Positions 63,190 through 64,000 of a stretch of 64,000 nucleotides of DNA are shown here, piece by piece. This stretch comes from the human T2T-CHM13v2.0 reference genome, Homo sapiens: NCBI RefSeq assembly GCF_009914755.1, contig NC_060944.1. The stretch is one strand, 5' to 3'. The notes beneath the pieces were generated by a model that saw nothing but the letters and a program-made list of their open reading frames with translations, had not been told where the DNA came from and made no database searches. The first letter of the stretch is position 1, and each line of letters starts with the position of its first letter. A program made the position numbers and the translations under genes.

Positions 63190-64000
63190 TTTTGAAGGCA
63201 GGAAGACAGGTTAAGAAGAATTGACAATGTAGGGAGTGTGGGTTGGATTATATCAGCCAGGGCAGAGGGTTGGGAGAATGTAGGATCTGTGGAGAGCTGA
63301 ATCTCTTAAAAAATTGAAACACAAGAAGGAAATAAAATAGCAAAGCATTTGAAAATTGATTGCATATTATGGATGAGCGCTTACATGAAAAGTCCAGGTT
63401 CTGGCTTGGGCAGTTAGGAATTTGCTGGTGCCATTTACTAAGATAGCAAGCACTAGGGGTGGAATGGGTTGGGGTGGGGACAAAGTAAAAACTGAGTTTC
63501 ATTTTGGAGATGTTTAATGTGAGGGGGCTGTAGGACACCTGAGAGGAGAAAAGTCCATTAAGCAGTTGAATGTGTATAAAGCTCAGGGCAGAAGTCTTTT
63601 GAAGAGATTTGAGAACCATTAACTAATGGAAGATACTTGAAACTATGAGTGTACTATGAGTGTGACCCTGGGAGCTTGTGTGGAGTAAAAGTACCTTTAA
63701 TAGAAGCCTAGGGAACCACGGACATTTAAAGAGAAAGAGGAGCCAGTTATAGAGAGGTAGAAGGAAATTCCTGAAGAGATGGGAAGCCATGCTCAAGGGG
63801 TCACAGTGAGATGGACAGGCACTTCGTCCGTGGACAGGGTTTGGGATCCACTGGTGAGCTGATAGGAGTGGAGGAGCAGCAGCCTGGAGGCAGAGTGATT
63901 GGAGGGTGATTGCAGGGTGTAGCAAGGGAGGCCAGCAGTGGGCAAAATAAGCAGGTAATAGCTTCTTAGAAACAGCAAGGAAATCCTTTCAGAAACTGAT
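63190..64000 (-). mobile_element. L2 fragment in intron 13
   Basis: 'ggtgccatttactaagatag...gagtttcattttgga...tttgagaaccatt' resembles L2 antisense. Confidence 0.55.

Overview
Primate (almost certainly human, chromosome 20p11) genomic DNA. Bases 1 to ~34.3 kb are repeat-dense intergenic sequence: Alu, L1, L2, MIR, MaLR/ERVL/ERV9 LTRs and hAT/Tigger DNA transposon fossils. A CpG-island promoter at ~34.3-35.3 kb starts XRN2 (nuclear 5'->3' exoribonuclease, Rat1 orthologue) on the + strand. Coding exons 1-13 (codons 1-411) assemble into one open frame with GT-AG junctions, and the gene continues past the window. I find no convincing new gene system. The best second-look items are: (i) a candidate alternative XRN2 first exon that would replace the conserved N-terminus; (ii) an Alu-L1 chimeric insertion later invaded by an LTR12C pointing at XRN2; (iii) a composite Alu-MIR-L1-Alu block bounded by one target-site duplication (TSD); (iv) a perfect hairpin created inside an Alu. 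Repeat subfamily names are from recalled consensus sequences and need RepeatMasker/Dfam confirmation. Repeat boundaries are approximate unless a TSD is quoted.
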